Both the position numbers and the translations under genes were made by a program. Shown here piece by piece: positions 38,464 to 47,940 of a DNA stretch of 47,940 nucleotides. The notes under the pieces are model-generated. The model ran no database searches. It saw only the letters and a program-made list of their open reading frames with translations, and was not told the DNA's origin. Origin of the DNA: Cyanophyceae cyanobacterium (GTDB lineage: Bacteria > Cyanobacteriota > Cyanobacteriia > Cyanobacteriales > Laspinemataceae); the NCBI GenBank assembly GCA_038321985.1, contig JBBQFN010000037.1, positions 1 to 47,940 of the forward strand, read 5' to 3'. The stretch's first letter is position 1. The number at the start of each line of letters is the position of its first letter.

Positions 38464-40350
38464 ATGAAATCTTCCTGGAGAATAATTTTACTTTGGGCAT
38501 TACCCGCATTAGTAATCGCCTTTTTCGTCTGGCAGGGAGTATTTTCCTCTACTGCCATGAACATGGGAAATAATGCCGCCAATACTCGCATGAGCTACGG
38601 TCGGTTTTTGGAATACCTGGATGCCGATCGCGTGACGAACGTGGATTTGTACGAAGGTGGCCGGACGGCGATCGTCGAAGCCGTGGATCCAGATCTGGAC
38701 AACCGGGTGCAGCGTTTGCGAGTCGATTTGCCAGGAAATGCTCCAGAACTGATCGCCCGTTTGAGAGACTCCAACATCAGTTTTGACTCTCATCCCATCC
38801 GCAATGATGGAGCAATCTGGGGACTGTTGGGCAATTTAATTTTCCCCGTCCTGTTGTTAGCCGGATTATTCTTCCTGTTCCGTCGTTCTAACAACGGTCC
38901 TGGGGGTCCAGGACAAGCCATGAACTTCGGCAAATCCAAAGCTCGCTTTCAGATGGAAGCCAAAACAGGAGTGATGTTTGACGATGTAGCAGGCATTGAA
39001 GAAGCCAAAGAAGAACTCCAAGAAGTCGTCACGTTCCTGAAAAAGCCGGAACGCTTTACCGCAGTTGGTGCGAAGATTCCTAAAGGCGTCCTACTGATTG
39101 GGCCTCCGGGAACCGGGAAAACCTTGCTCGCCAAGGCGATCGCCGGAGAAGCCGGAGTCCCCTTCTTTAGCATTTCTGGGTCTGAATTCGTGGAAATGTT
39201 TGTCGGTGTCGGTGCTTCCCGAGTCCGGGACCTGTTCAAGAAAGCCAAAGAAAATGCACCTTGCATCATTTTCATTGATGAAATTGACGCCGTAGGTCGT
39301 CAACGGGGTGCGGGAATCGGCGGTGGTAACGATGAACGGGAACAAACCCTTAACCAACTCCTGACGGAAATGGATGGATTTGAGGGCAACACGGGCATCA
39401 TTATTATTGCTGCCACCAACCGTCCCGATGTCTTGGATTCGGCCCTGTTGCGTCCCGGTCGTTTCGATCGCCAAGTCATGGTCGATGCCCCGGATATCAA
39501 GGGCCGTGTGGAAATTCTGAACGTCCACGCTCGCAATAAGAAGTTATCCGATCAAGTGTCTTTAGAAGCAGTTGCTCGTCGCACTCCTGGTTTTACCGGC
39601 GCAGACTTGGCAAACTTGCTTAATGAAGCAGCCATTTTGACCGCACGTCGGCGCAAGGAAGCAATCACCTTGCTAGAAATTGATGATGCAGTGGACCGAG
39701 TTGTTGCCGGGATGGAAGGAACTCCCCTGGTTGATAGCAAGAGTAAGCGTTTGATTGCTTATCACGAAATTGGTCATGCGATCGTTGGGACTTTGGTTAA
39801 GGACCATGACCCGGTACAGAAAGTCACCTTAATTCCGCGCGGACAGGCCCAGGGTCTAACTTGGTTTATGCCCAGTGAAGATCAAATGCTGGTGTCTAAA
39901 TCTCAGTTGATGGCTCGGATTATGGGTGCACTCGGAGGCCGCGCGGCTGAGGAAATGATTTTTGGTGATTCGGAAGTGACCACCGGGGCCGGGGGTGACC
40001 TGCAACAGGTGACGGGAATGGCGCGGCAGATGGTGACTCGCTTCGGGATGTCAGACTTGGGTCCGATGTCCTTAGAAACCCAACAAGGGGAAGTGTTTTT
40101 AGGTCGCGATTTGATGACGCGATCGGAATATTCCGACGAAATCGCCTCTCGGATTGACGCTCAAGTTCGTTCGATTGTGGAACATTGTCACGAAGAAGCT
40201 AAGCGCATTGTCCGGGAAAATCGGATGGTGATCGATCGCTTGGTGGATATCCTGATTGAGAAGGAATCGGTGGACGGCGAGGAGTTGCGTCAAATTGTTG
40301 CCGAATATACCACCGTGCCTGAAAAAGATTTGTTTGTTCCGATTTTGTAA
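38464..40350 (+). CDS. ftsH: ATP-dependent zinc metalloprotease FtsH (FtsH2-type)
   Basis: [22 protein letters not shown] region [15 protein letters not shown]. Confidence 0.96.
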   Translation: MKSSWRIILLWALPALVIAFFVWQGVFSSTAMNMGNNAANTRMSYGRFLEYLDADRVTNVDLYEGGRTAIVEAVDPDLDNRVQRLRVDLPGNAPELIARLRDSNISFDSHPIRNDGAIWGLLGNLIFPVLLLAGLFFLFRRSNNGPGGPGQAMNFGKSKARFQMEAKTGVMFDDVAGIEEAKEELQEVVTFLKKPERFTAVGAKIPKGVLLIGPPGTGKTLLAKAIAGEAGVPFFSISGSEFVEMFVGVGASRVRDLFKKAKENAPCIIFIDEIDAVGRQRGAGIGGGNDEREQTLNQLLTEMDGFEGNTGIIIIAATNRPDVLDSALLRPGRFDRQVMVDAPDIKGRVEILNVHARNKKLSDQVSLEAVARRTPGFTGADLANLLNEAAILTARRRKEAITLLEIDDAVDRVVAGMEGTPLVDSKSKRLIAYHEIGHAIVGTLVKDHDPVQKVTLIPRGQAQGLTWFMPSEDQMLVSKSQLMARIMGALGGRAAEEMIFGDSEVTTGAGGDLQQVTGMARQMVTRFGMSDLGPMSLETQQGEVFLGRDLMTRSEYSDEIASRIDAQVRSIVEHCHEEAKRIVRENRMVIDRLVDILIEKESVDGEELRQIVAEYTTVPEKDLFVPIL

Positions 40351-40405
40351 TAAGTTTTAGGGAAAGTAGTTCGGGTTATTTTAACCCGTTCTGCGAGACT
40401 GAAAT

Positions 40406-40442
40406 AAAAAATGAGGGAGGTGTCTTGCCCCCCTCATTTTTT
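40406..40442. terminator. Bidirectional intrinsic terminator after ftsH
   Basis: AAAAAATGAGGG...CCCTCATTTTTT. Confidence 0.8.
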
Positions 40443-40594
40443 GTGGATACTTCATCGTTTTTATATCAATGCCTGGTTAGGATAGCCTTTGTCAAACCGG
40501 CGAAAGAGTTTAAATTTTCTACCTTTTGAGAGTAAGGGGTGGTTAAGTCCTTTCTCAATAAAACCGATAAGGTACGACAACGGTTGAGATTAGC

Positions 40595-41089
40595 TTACGA
40601 TACGGGTAACGCACCTTGAACGATTAAAACCGAGCAAGGTGCATGATGGGTAATGTAATTACTGACGCTGCCTAAAAAGAGTTCGGCCATCCCGGTGCGC
40701 CCTCTGCGGCCTACTACAATTAAGTTTGCACCCCAGCTTCGGGCTAACTCACAAGTCAGAACCCCCGGATCGCCCACGCTATGATGGCAGGTTGTGGGGA
40801 TATTTCGGGCGATCGCCATTTCAGCATATCTCTGGAGTATTTCGTTGGTTTGTTCGACTTGCACTTGGAGTCGTTGTTGCTGGAGTTCTGGAATTTCTCG
40901 TCCTAGAGAGGGGCTTAATCCCATGCCTGTCCCCACCATCGGCGATATCTCGGCCAGGGCCTCGACTTGGATGGCATTAAATAGCATTAGTTCTGCTTTT
41001 TCTTTTTCGGCTAAATCGATGACTTGATCAATCACAAAATCAGCTTGGGATGAACGATCAATAGCGACCAGAATTTTATGATAAGTCAT
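40595..41089 (-). CDS. Universal stress protein
   Basis: KILVAID, LIVVGRRG, LGSVSNYITHHAPCSVLIV. Confidence 0.93.
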   Translation of the reverse strand: MTYHKILVAIDRSSQADFVIDQVIDLAEKEKAELMLFNAIQVEALAEISPMVGTGMGLSPSLGREIPELQQQRLQVQVEQTNEILQRYAEMAIARNIPTTCHHSVGDPGVLTCELARSWGANLIVVGRRGRTGMAELFLGSVSNYITHHAPCSVLIVQGALPVS

Positions 41090-41574
41090 GAGTTGCTCTC
41101 CTTTCTGTGGTTTTACTAGACCTCTTGCAAAATAAAGGATTGCTCCCCCTTTCCCCCCTTAAGAACGTTAATCGCCTTGAGAGAATTTTGCCAGCAGTCT
41201 ACTGTCGTTACTCCGTCGATCGCCCCACGGGATCGGCCTCTGCTTCAAAGTAACCCAATGGTTTGGTTCGGCACATCTACTCCAAGGGCGATTTCTGTTT
41301 TCCCCTTCCTTCCTTCCTTCCTTCCTGCCTGGGTTGCTTTTGCCCCTGGTCAGAGTACCTATCTTAATCCCTTCATTATCATATTTTAGAGATTTTGTCA
41401 AGAATAAAGGGCGATCGCCTTCTACAAAACTGGGAATGGGTTAAGTTATACAGAAATCAGACAACACGCAAACACGATCACAAACATCCGCATGATAACT
41501 TGAACATTAAGTTCAAAATTCCCCGAATTTAAAAACTCATCTTTAAGATTGGTTATAAAAGAAAAGGTAAAGAT

Positions 41575-41892
41575 ATGTTAAAAACTGCGGTTTGCAACTC
41601 GCTAACCCCTTCTTCAGAACTCCGGGTTGATTCTCAGCTATTAGGGCTATGGTCCGCCGGTGGGAATCAGTGGACTCCGATGATTCAAGAAGAATGCTTC
41701 AAAATGTTGGACTGTCCCGTGCAACCCTCTAAAAAAAGTCAATTGCCCTCAAACTTTTCCTTATTTTGGGCTTGGATATTTTTATTAATGAGTGTAGCGG
41801 CTATGTTAGCGCCCACCTCTTTTTCTTGGGGTCAAGACCAATATCCAACCGAAATTGGAACTGAGAAAAGATTAATATCGATTCCCAAATAA
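41575..41892 (+). CDS. Hypothetical small membrane protein
   Basis: 105-aa ORF with AAAGG RBS and one hydrophobic helix. Confidence 0.5.
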   Translation: MLKTAVCNSLTPSSELRVDSQLLGLWSAGGNQWTPMIQEECFKMLDCPVQPSKKSQLPSNFSLFWAWIFLLMSVAAMLAPTSFSWGQDQYPTEIGTEKRLISIPK

Positions 41893-42328
41893 AGACCAAT
41901 TATCTGGGATAAAATGGGAATCTAAATATTTTATTTTTGCGGTAAAACAAAAATGCTATATTTAATTTTGGAAAACTTTTTAGACAATTAAACAAGACCG
42001 TTATGAAAAAACAAGATTAATAAAACTGGGTATTTAATTTATTTATTCGAGGAATTCCCCATCCCTAACTCACCTTAAAAAATGAGGCGGTTTAGAATTG
42101 CACTCAGAGGTCTATGATAGGTCCATATTCCCCACCATTGGCAATCCTAGGTAAGAACTGACCCGGAGTAAAGCCTAACCCCTTTCATCCTGAAGTCGTT
42201 ATATTGGGAATAATTTCAGGCCATAGTTGCTCTTGCCGATGGCGAAATCAATAGATACACTGGCATTTGGAGCCACCGCACGTTCACGGTTGCTCATCCA
42301 GTGAACAACCAAGGGAGTTAGAAAATAA

Positions 42329-44413
42329 ATGCTCTGGAAGCTGAGGCTATATCAAGGGGGTTGGCATCGTAATTGTTCGATGCACAAAGACATCAGATTA
42401 AACGTGGTGCGGTATGGGGTTTCAATTCCCTTACTCCTGGCGATCGCCAATTTTTCTGGGAGTAAAGCAATAGCAGCAGAGATGGAACCCTTACTCCTCC
42501 CACCAGAATCAGCAGATTTTCTGACCCTAGATCCGGGGGAAAAAGCAACGGAGAAGGCAATTAACACGGGCGATCAATTCCAGATGTTTGTATCTGCCGG
42601 AAAAGAGCCAGAGGTTACAGCTACTCCTGTGGAATTGGAAACGTTTGGGACGTTAAAGAGTAGGGGTACAGCTTGTGATCTCCCCTGCGATCAGAGTGTG
42701 GAGGTAAATTTACTCAGCAGTCCCTCTCACCGCCAACTTAGCGTCATGAGTGCAGCAATGACGGAGGCGATCGCCCAAACCACTCCCCCAAATGCCCCCC
42801 CACCTCCCACCCAAGAACCATTACCGCCCCTCCCTGACGTACAACCGACCCCTCCAGAAGACCAGGAAACCCCCGTGTTGACCCCCGAGGAAGAGCAACC
42901 CTCTCCAGGGGAATCTCCTGCCGTAGAAATTCCCATTCGCCAGGTGAACGTGATTGGCTCCACTGTACTCACCGCCACAGAGATTGCGAAGATTACCGCA
43001 GAAGTTGAGGGACAAACAGTTTCCCTCGATCGCCTCCGAGAAGTCGCGGACCAAATCACGCAACTGTATCTTGAGCGCGGTTATATCACCTCCCGAGCAG
43101 TTCTCGTGGATCAAGTGATTGAAGATGGCATCGTTGAAATTCGGGTGATTGAAGGGACTTTAGCCGCCATTGAAGTTGAAGGAAACAACCGGGTGAGAGA
43201 GTCCTATATCCGTTCTCGGGTTGAACTTGGAGCGGGTGCGCCTTTGAATACCGCCCAGTTGGAAGATCAGTTGCGGTTACTGCGCCTTGACCCTTTATTT
43301 CAAAATATTGAAGCGAGTTTGCGTGCCGGGGATGAAATCGCCCAAAGTATTCTAACAGTTAGAGTTCAAGAAGCTAATCCCTTTGGGTTGAATTTAGGAG
43401 CGGATAATTTATCCCCCCCCAGTGTCGGTTCTGAACGATTAGGCGGAACTGTTCGCTACCGCAACATTACCGGCTTTGGAGATGAAATTGCGGCGAGTTA
43501 TTATTGGGGAACCGGAGATTCTCAAATTTATGACCTTAGCTATCGTATCCCAGTTAATGCCATGAATGGAACTCTGGGGTTCCGGGTAGCTCCTAACCAA
43601 AATGGCATCATTCAGGAAGAGTTTAGAGCATTGAATATTGAGGGAGAATCCCAACTGTATGAGGTGAATTTTCGACAGCCTTGGATGCGATCGCCTAGAC
43701 AAGAATTTGCTACCTCTGTGGGGTTTACCTTCCAGGAAAGTCAAACCTTTGTTGACGGTGAACCGTTTGGGTTTGGCAGTGGTCCTAGCGCCGATGGAAT
43801 TACCCGTACCAGTACCTTCAAAATCGGCGCTGACTACCTCCGCCGGGACGTTCAGGGAGCCTGGTCCGTGCGATCGCTACTTAACATCGGAACTGGCTTA
43901 TTTGATGCGACTGACAATGACGACCCCATCCCCGATGGACAATTTTTGAGTTGGATTTCTCAGGTGCAGCGAGTGCAGCGGTTGGGGGCGTCACAATTGT
44001 TAATTATCCAAGCGGATTTACAGTTAAGTCCCCATAGTTTACTCTCGTCCCAGCAGTTTGTGATTGGGGGGGGTCAATCCTTACGGGGGTATCGTCAAAA
44101 CGTGCGATCAGGAGATAATGGATTTCGTTTTTCGGTAGAAGACCGAATTGTGATCCTCCGGGATACCTCTGGAATTCCCATCTTTCAATTCGCCCCATTT
44201 TTAGACGCGGGTACGGTTTGGAATCATGTCGATAATCCCAATGAATTACCGAGACAAACGTTTTTAGCTGGGATAGGAATGGGTGTTCTTTGGCAGGTTT
44301 TTCCCGGTTTAAATGTGCGCCTGGATTACGGACGTCCTATTTTTCAAATTGATGATAAAGGAACGAATGCTCAAGATGAAGGGTTTTATTTTTCGGTGAA
44401 TTATCAACTTTAA
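42329..44413 (+). CDS. ShlB/FhaC/HecB (TpsB/Omp85) family outer-membrane transporter
   Basis: POTRA (ITQLYLERGYITSRA, VIEG), GGGQSLRGY motif, C-terminal FYFSVNYQL; start may be ATG 42380. Confidence 0.9.
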   Translation: MLWKLRLYQGGWHRNCSMHKDIRLNVVRYGVSIPLLLAIANFSGSKAIAAEMEPLLLPPESADFLTLDPGEKATEKAINTGDQFQMFVSAGKEPEVTATPVELETFGTLKSRGTACDLPCDQSVEVNLLSSPSHRQLSVMSAAMTEAIAQTTPPNAPPPPTQEPLPPLPDVQPTPPEDQETPVLTPEEEQPSPGESPAVEIPIRQVNVIGSTVLTATEIAKITAEVEGQTVSLDRLREVADQITQLYLERGYITSRAVLVDQVIEDGIVEIRVIEGTLAAIEVEGNNRVRESYIRSRVELGAGAPLNTAQLEDQLRLLRLDPLFQNIEASLRAGDEIAQSILTVRVQEANPFGLNLGADNLSPPSVGSERLGGTVRYRNITGFGDEIAASYYWGTGDSQIYDLSYRIPVNAMNGTLGFRVAPNQNGIIQEEFRALNIEGESQLYEVNFRQPWMRSPRQEFATSVGFTFQESQTFVDGEPFGFGSGPSADGITRTSTFKIGADYLRRDVQGAWSVRSLLNIGTGLFDATDNDDPIPDGQFLSWISQVQRVQRLGASQLLIIQADLQLSPHSLLSSQQFVIGGGQSLRGYRQNVRSGDNGFRFSVEDRIVILRDTSGIPIFQFAPFLDAGTVWNHVDNPNELPRQTFLAGIGMGVLWQVFPGLNVRLDYGRPIFQIDDKGTNAQDEGFYFSVNYQL

Positions 44414-44557
44414 TTTAATAAATTGGGGGGTAGAATTTGCTGTTGCCTCTGGACGCGCTTCAGCCACGTCCCGAGGAAACAGTAAATTATGAAACCCTTG
44501 GAGTGCAAGCATCTTGCTCCCTATCTTTCCTAGCAAACTGGTGCAAGACTGGCTATA

Positions 44558-47536
44558 TTAGATGGCTTCTTCTGAAAATAAGTCAATCTCTGGATGATTG
44601 AGGGCAGTTTCCAGAATGCGAATAATAATGTTGTCGAGAGCTCGTTGAAAATCTGGATCTTGGGAGTATTTTTTGTACAAAGTTAGTTCTTTGCGGCGCT
44701 CATGATTGACCGATTGTTTGATGAGTTTACCGATCGCCATTCGGCTATTCTGCGGGTCGGGATTGTTGACTACCTGGGTTTGATAATCCATATTTTGGGC
44801 GACATTACGCGCAAGATTTGTCAGTTTAATTTTTTGTTCTTCCGGGGTGGCGTCCCCTTGGGCAAAATGAGTTTGATTAAACACAGCAATGATTTCGTCT
44901 AGGGAGTTATATTCTTTTTCTGATTCATGGTAACCCCGGGGGTTGGGATTCTGGGGTGTAATCTCGCTGCTGGATTCATCGAGGGCGATCGCCGCATTTA
45001 GGGTCACTCGTTCAATGCCATAAGTGCTAAGATCCACGCTATTGAGCAGTTCATCGAGTTGGTCCTGTTGGGGATTTTTGACAATCAGTTTGGGGATCAG
45101 GAATTTTAGAAACCAATGCAGTTTTTCCCAAGCCAAATTATGAAAGGGGATTAAACAAGCGAGTTGAGCATAAACTTTGACAAATTGTTTGGCTTTGATT
45201 TTAAAATCGATTTTGTCCTCTTCGTTCAATTCCAGTTCCTGGTTAAATCGTTCGGCAGCAGTATCGATAATGGGGCTAAGTTGGTCGGCTTCTACGCCAT
45301 CAAAAAATAGTTGATTAAATTGGTTGATTTCGTGGGTTTCATAGACTCCTAATCCGTCTAGGCTTTCTTTCAAGTCATGGAGAACATTAACATCGGTGGC
45401 TTGGCTGAGTTCGGTAGCAGTGTAGAACGGATTAAAGGCGGTTTTAATATCGCTGATGCTGTTGGCAAAATCGAGAATAAATGTATCATTTTTGCCCAGT
45501 TTGTTGTTACAGCGATTGAGGCGAGAAAGGGCTTGGACAGCGAGGACTCCCTGTAATTTTTTATCTACATACATGGTATGGAGTAGAGGCTCATCGAAGC
45601 CGGTTAGGTACTTATTGGCGACCACTAAGAGGCGGTAATCAGGGCTTTGAAACTTCTCTTCAATATTCTGACTCGGAAAGCCGTTTAGGGATTCTTCCGT
45701 ATGTTCAATGCCCTCTATTTTCTTTTTCCCGGAAAAGGCAACGATCGCCCCAAAGTCTGCATTTTTAGCCTTGAGCAGTTTTTGGATTTCGCAATAGTAC
45801 CGAATCGCGGTTTTAATATTGCGGGTAACCACCATCCCCCTAGCTTGCCCTTTGAGTTTTTTGGGGCTAACCACTTGTTCTAGGAAGTGATTCACCATGA
45901 TTTCGGCTTTAGTGGCGATTGTTTTGGGATTGCTTTCAACGTAGGCTTTGAGTTTCTTTTGGGCTTGGGCGCTGTCGAATTGGGGATTATCTTCGATGGA
46001 TTTTTGAATCTCGTAGTAGCTTTTATAAGTGGTGTAGTTGGCGAGGACATCCAGGATAAAGCCTTCTTCGATCGCCTGTTTCATGGAGTAGAGATGATGG
46101 GGTTTGAAACTGCCATCGTTTTGACGTTGCCCAAATTTTTCGAGGGTGGTGTTTTTTGGGGTGGCGGTAAAGGCAAAATAGGAGGCGTTTTTGCTGAGTT
46201 TACGCCCTTGCATAACTTTCAAAATTTTGTCTTGATTGTCTTCGGGTTCGGCTTCATCCTCATTTTGATTGAGGGTTGTATTCAGGGAGTCGGCTGAACT
46301 TCCACTCTGGCTGCTGTGGGCTTCATCGATAATGATGGCAAAGCGGCGATCGCCTAATCCTTCGATGCCTTCCACAATGAATCTAAATTTTTGGATGGTA
46401 CTGATAATGATTTTTTTGCCCGCTTCCAGGGCATTTTTCAAGTCTTCGGAACGGTTGGCATGGGCAATAACATTTTTGACTTCGGAAAAGTCTTTGATAT
46501 TATCCCGGAGTTGTTTGTCAAGGTTGCGGCGATCGGTGACAACAATTACGGAATTAAATAAAGGTTCACTCTGGTGGGTTTGGTAAAGTTGGATCAGTTG
46601 GAATGCCAGCCAAGTGATGGAGTTTGATTTCCCGGAACCGGCAGAATGTTGGATTAAATAGGTTTTACCGGGACCGTTGATTTTGGCATCGCTGAGGAGT
46701 TGATTAACGACATCCCTTTGATGATAACGGGGGAAAATCAGGGTTTTATCTAGCAGGGAGTCTTGAGTTTTGCCTTCGAGTAAAACAAAATGTTCCAGAA
46801 TATAAGCGAGGCTGGTACGGCTTAAAACATCTTCCCAGAGATAGCTGGTTTTATGTCCGTTGGGGTTAGTGGCGTTTCCTTTGCCGTGGTTATTTCCTTG
46901 ATTGAAGGGTAGGAAATAGGTGTTTTTTCCGGTGAGTTTGGTCGTCATCCAAATTTCATCGGTATCGGCGGCAAAGTGGACTAAACACCGACCAAAGTTA
47001 AAAAGGGGTTCTTTGGGATTGCGATCGCAGTATTGTTTTTTAGCGTGGTAGACGGTTTGGTTTGTCCAAGGATTTTTCAGTTCCAGGGTTGCGATCGCCA
47101 AGCCATTGAGGAAAATGACCAAATCGATGGATAGGGCGTTGTCTGTGGCGGAAAAGTGGACTTGGCGGCTAATAGAAAAGATGTTTTGCTCAAAGTTAGC
47201 GGCGATTTCTGGGTTAAGGTCGTTGTAGGGATGGCTATAGTACAGAGTCAGTTCCGCATCATCGATCGCCACGCCTTTTTTGAGCACAAACACAATCCCG
47301 TTTTTCTTAATTTGGCGATCGATTCGTTCCAGGATCATCCGTTGCCAGTTGGGGCGATCGTCTAACTTTTTAAGTTCTTCCGGTTGAGTTGTTTCCAGGA
47401 AGTGCCAAAATTTTTCCGTATCAATGGCAAATTCGGGGTCAAAGTTTTTGGGACTACCCTGCTGGTAGCCCGCCTTATTAAGCAAGCGGTTTTCGATAAG
47501 GTCTTCCAGAGCTTTTTCGTTGGTTTTACTGACCAT
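44558..47536 (-). CDS. hsdR: Type I restriction-modification system, restriction subunit R
   Basis: ELKNP nuclease motif, PRYHQ, HSAGSGKS, IIDEAHSSQ, FTATPK, QALSRLNR. Confidence 0.95.
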   Translation of the reverse strand: MVSKTNEKALEDLIENRLLNKAGYQQGSPKNFDPEFAIDTEKFWHFLETTQPEELKKLDDRPNWQRMILERIDRQIKKNGIVFVLKKGVAIDDAELTLYYSHPYNDLNPEIAANFEQNIFSISRQVHFSATDNALSIDLVIFLNGLAIATLELKNPWTNQTVYHAKKQYCDRNPKEPLFNFGRCLVHFAADTDEIWMTTKLTGKNTYFLPFNQGNNHGKGNATNPNGHKTSYLWEDVLSRTSLAYILEHFVLLEGKTQDSLLDKTLIFPRYHQRDVVNQLLSDAKINGPGKTYLIQHSAGSGKSNSITWLAFQLIQLYQTHQSEPLFNSVIVVTDRRNLDKQLRDNIKDFSEVKNVIAHANRSEDLKNALEAGKKIIISTIQKFRFIVEGIEGLGDRRFAIIIDEAHSSQSGSSADSLNTTLNQNEDEAEPEDNQDKILKVMQGRKLSKNASYFAFTATPKNTTLEKFGQRQNDGSFKPHHLYSMKQAIEEGFILDVLANYTTYKSYYEIQKSIEDNPQFDSAQAQKKLKAYVESNPKTIATKAEIMVNHFLEQVVSPKKLKGQARGMVVTRNIKTAIRYYCEIQKLLKAKNADFGAIVAFSGKKKIEGIEHTEESLNGFPSQNIEEKFQSPDYRLLVVANKYLTGFDEPLLHTMYVDKKLQGVLAVQALSRLNRCNNKLGKNDTFILDFANSISDIKTAFNPFYTATELSQATDVNVLHDLKESLDGLGVYETHEINQFNQLFFDGVEADQLSPIIDTAAERFNQELELNEEDKIDFKIKAKQFVKVYAQLACLIPFHNLAWEKLHWFLKFLIPKLIVKNPQQDQLDELLNSVDLSTYGIERVTLNAAIALDESSSEITPQNPNPRGYHESEKEYNSLDEIIAVFNQTHFAQGDATPEEQKIKLTNLARNVAQNMDYQTQVVNNPDPQNSRMAIGKLIKQSVNHERRKELTLYKKYSQDPDFQRALDNIIIRILETALNHPEIDLFSEEAI

Positions 47537-47542
47537 AATTGC

Positions 47543-47801
47543 TTAATACTCCTGGTTTATAAAAATGGGTTGATTAGATTTAGGTTGGTTTTGCTTTTTA
47601 ATGCGAATTAATCGATTTTCTAGGGTGATTTGAGTTTGGAGATATTCGTCTAAATGTTTGACCTGTCCGGGATAATCTGGATCAGTTTTACAAATAATAA
47701 TACCTGGGTGATATGGGTTTTGGCGGTGAATTTGGATAAAGTCATCTCGATTCAGGGTGAGAACGGTCCGGTTTTCTTGAGTAGCAAAGGCTAAAACAGC
47801 T
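47543..47801 (-). pseudogene. DUF5615/PIN-like toxin gene, 3' part; interrupted by an IS
   Basis: Frame reads AVLAFATQENRTVLTLNRDDFIQIHRQNPYHPGIIICK...QEY*; no start codon and the N-terminal part is missing. Confidence 0.78.
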
Positions 47802-47940
47802 GGCTCTTCAGACTTTTTGGTGATAAGTTTTTCTAATTAGTTACTGAGCGTTTAAATGTTTTTGAGTGGCTACCTCTCTAATTTATAATGACTATGATGA
47901 AAAAGCTGCTAAAAGACGTAACCGAAAGTTGTCAAAATTT
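47802..47940 (-). mobile_element. End of an ISL3-family insertion sequence (transposase C-terminus 47892-47939, truncated by window)
   Basis: Minus strand encodes NFDNFRLRLLAAFSS*, typical of an ISL3 transposase end; terminus begins GGCTCTTC at the point where the PIN-like frame loses similarity. Confidence 0.75.

Noticed and set aside
41118..41402. IS-end-like AGACCTCTTGCAAAA, a (CTTC)5 microsatellite at ~41305-41324, and two short ORFs
   Set aside because: No matching second inverted repeat or transposase; the ORFs are low-complexity

Overview
Chromosomal segment of a filamentous cyanobacterium (Oscillatoriales-like: frequent HIP1 GCGATCGC, a GluRS-CAAD fusion). It starts with the 3' end of an rRNA operon (23S, 5S). 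Housekeeping genes include an amidohydrolase, bioD, a Ser/Thr kinase, YqeY, prs, ygfZ, cysK, a 1-Cys peroxiredoxin, a PAS histidine kinase, tRNA-Asp, gltX and ftsH. The right end holds a TpsB-type outer-membrane protein, type I R-M hsdR, and a PIN-like gene interrupted by an ISL3-type element. The main observation is an ~11 kb insert (9721-20797) between ygfZ and a 2Fe-2S ferredoxin gene. Its accessory genes are separated by integron attC-type recombination sites, and no integrase is present in the window, so it is a CALIN-like cassette array. Several cassettes show complementarity between their 5' core site and their own 3' inverse core site. Some are self-regulated regulator-plus-enzyme units with their own promoters and palindromic operators. 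The array is decaying, with mutated cores, half-attC sites and gene fragments. All calls come from reading the sequence and recognising motifs; no database searches were run.
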